From Malacoraja senta (Eukaryota): a stretch of 64,000 bases of DNA. A program made the position numbers and the translations under genes. Every line of letters starts with the position of its first letter. Position 1 is the first letter of the stretch. The DNA lies in assembly GCA_038087875.1 (NCBI GenBank), contig CM075996.1, forward strand, positions 9,116,001 to 9,180,000, given 5' to 3'. Shown one piece after another: positions 62,311 to 64,000 of the stretch. The notes beneath the pieces were generated by a model. It was given only the letters and a program-made list of their open reading frames with translations. It had not been told where the DNA came from and did no database searches.

Positions 62311-62933
62311 ATCAGCAGCAACACCTTGTGTATCCATCCCACTTAAAATCATTAATGAATCCATTTCCTGCAGCGTTTTGGAGAGAATATTCTGGATCCT
62401 GTCAGTATAGAATCTGTGACCTCTGTTTATTGATCCCTCAATAGCTAAACCTTTCTCGTTTAGAACCCTGCTGTTACTTCAACGTTTGATAGGTTATCTC
62501 TTTTAGCTTCTCTGTTCCAAGAGGACTGCTAACTTTTCTAAATTACTCTTTACTGTAATTCTAGAAACTGTCTAAATCAATTCTTGGGCTTGAAGTCTGA
62601 AGAAGGGTCCCAACCCGAAACGTCACCCATCCTTTTTCAGACAGAGATGCTGCCTGGCCCGCTGAGTTACTCCAGAACTTTGTGTCTATCTTAGGCTTTT
62701 GACATCCTTCCTTTAGTTTAGTTTAGAGATACAGCGTGAAAACAGGCCCTTCGGCCCACCGAGTCGGCACTGATCAGCGATCCCCGCACACTAACAGTTG
62801 AGCCGTGGGCCGATCAGTTGCATGGTGCTTTTGTGAACAGCAGCGCAAACATTGGGCCACGTGGCCCTTTGAACATTGTAAACCTTGAGAGAAGTTTGCG
62901 TTGTTGACGTCTTGCTGTCTTCCCACCCCCCAG

Positions 62934-63002
62934 GTTTGGCGTACTCTGAATCGTTCTCTCCCCTTGCCAAGCTGTGGGGCTGGATCTCGCTGCTGTCTCC
63001 AG
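62934..63002 (+). CDS. SUN2: SUN2-like coding exon 4
   Basis: Long pyrimidine tract plus CAG; 69 nt, phase 1-1, encoding GLAYSESFSPLAKLWGWISLLSPG (compare recalled SUN2 ..LLWMVATSPG); donor CAG|GTACCT. Confidence 0.72.
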
Positions 63003-64000
63003 GTACCTGCATTACTAATCTTCCCTCTTCTGTGGTCCATGGCCTCCTAAAACTCTGCTCCAGTCAACCAGTGCCCTGCTGATACTGGACCCATTGGTGA
63101 GGTAGATCCCGCTGCTCCCTCCTTAAACTCCCAGGGTTTGCAGAAGGCCTGGTCCCCAGTGCTCTGTTGTTCGTGCAGCCTAGGACCACAGTCAGTGCGG
63201 AGGGTTTCCAGCTTGGTTCTCCAGTGTGTTCCCTCAGCCTGATTGGGTCACTCATTGAGATGAGTGGTGAGTTGCCGAGAGGACATAGAGTCAAGAGACG
63301 ACTGACTGTCAATGCTCGGTTACTCGATCCCGACTGAAGTCATGTTGTAACACATGAAAAGGGAGGCCTGGTTTGTGCTCCAGGGTCACTGGGGTGATGA
63401 AAGAATAGGATCTCCTTTAGATTTGCACAGCTGTGTGGCACCGAGGACGCTTTTGAAATGTAGTGTAACGTGGTGGACCGTGGCCAAGCTCGCACACAGC
63501 ATTGTGGTGATCAGCAGACGTGCCCATGTTCAATAAATCTAGATTTCTCTAACTTCAAGTAACCCTCTCTCTCCGTCCCTCCCCCTCCTTAGTCGTTGTA
63601 CTAGTTTCACTATCGTCCTGGTGAGTTTCATTGTCTTGTATCATTCGTTAACACCGAGCCCTCAGCCAACCAACAATGGACCGTTTCCTTCATCATCGTT
63701 ACTTTTTTGCATATCGTTCATTCATTTGTTCCTTATCTCTCTACATGACCGTCTATATCGCTTGTTTCCCTTTCCCCTGACTCTCAAGTCTGAAGGGTCT
63801 CGACCCGAATGTCACCTATTCCTTTTCTCCAGAGATGCTGCTTGTCCCGCTGAGTTACTCCAGCTTTTTGTGTCTCTTTGCCCATGTTGGTTGTGGGATA
63901 AGATTGACTGGGACAGAGGGGACTGCTATCCATTCACAACCAGGCAATCTCTCTGTGTTGAAAGGTGATACTCCCTGCTCGGTGGAAGTTTCATTGACAA

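Overview
This is eukaryotic, repeat-dominated vertebrate DNA with one 200-N gap (1107-1306). The mix of HE1-type SINEs, CR1/HER1, L2, L1, Rex/Babar and Penelope remnants points to a cartilaginous fish, probably a skate or ray (inference). The only host gene I can support is the 5' part of a SUN-domain nuclear-envelope gene, most like SUN2, on the + strand. It has a putative CpG-rich promoter and non-coding exon near 36.5-36.76 kb, then four coding exons (52426-52547, 58868-59029, 60547-60696, 62934-63002), and continues beyond the window. Nearly all other ORF-track entries are LINE debris or low-complexity artefacts. Main observations: (1) many Penelope-derived terminal repeats carry a minimal hammerhead-ribozyme core, often as fold-backs pivoting on that core; (2) a non-autonomous Helitron is inserted without TSD at an A|T site in a CR1, with related copies nearby; (3) the first two SUN2 coding exons are out of frame; (4) there is a MITE superfamily with shared termini, deep TE nesting with a templated filler, and a teleost-like SINE. 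I found no prokaryotic-type system such as CRISPR or an operon.
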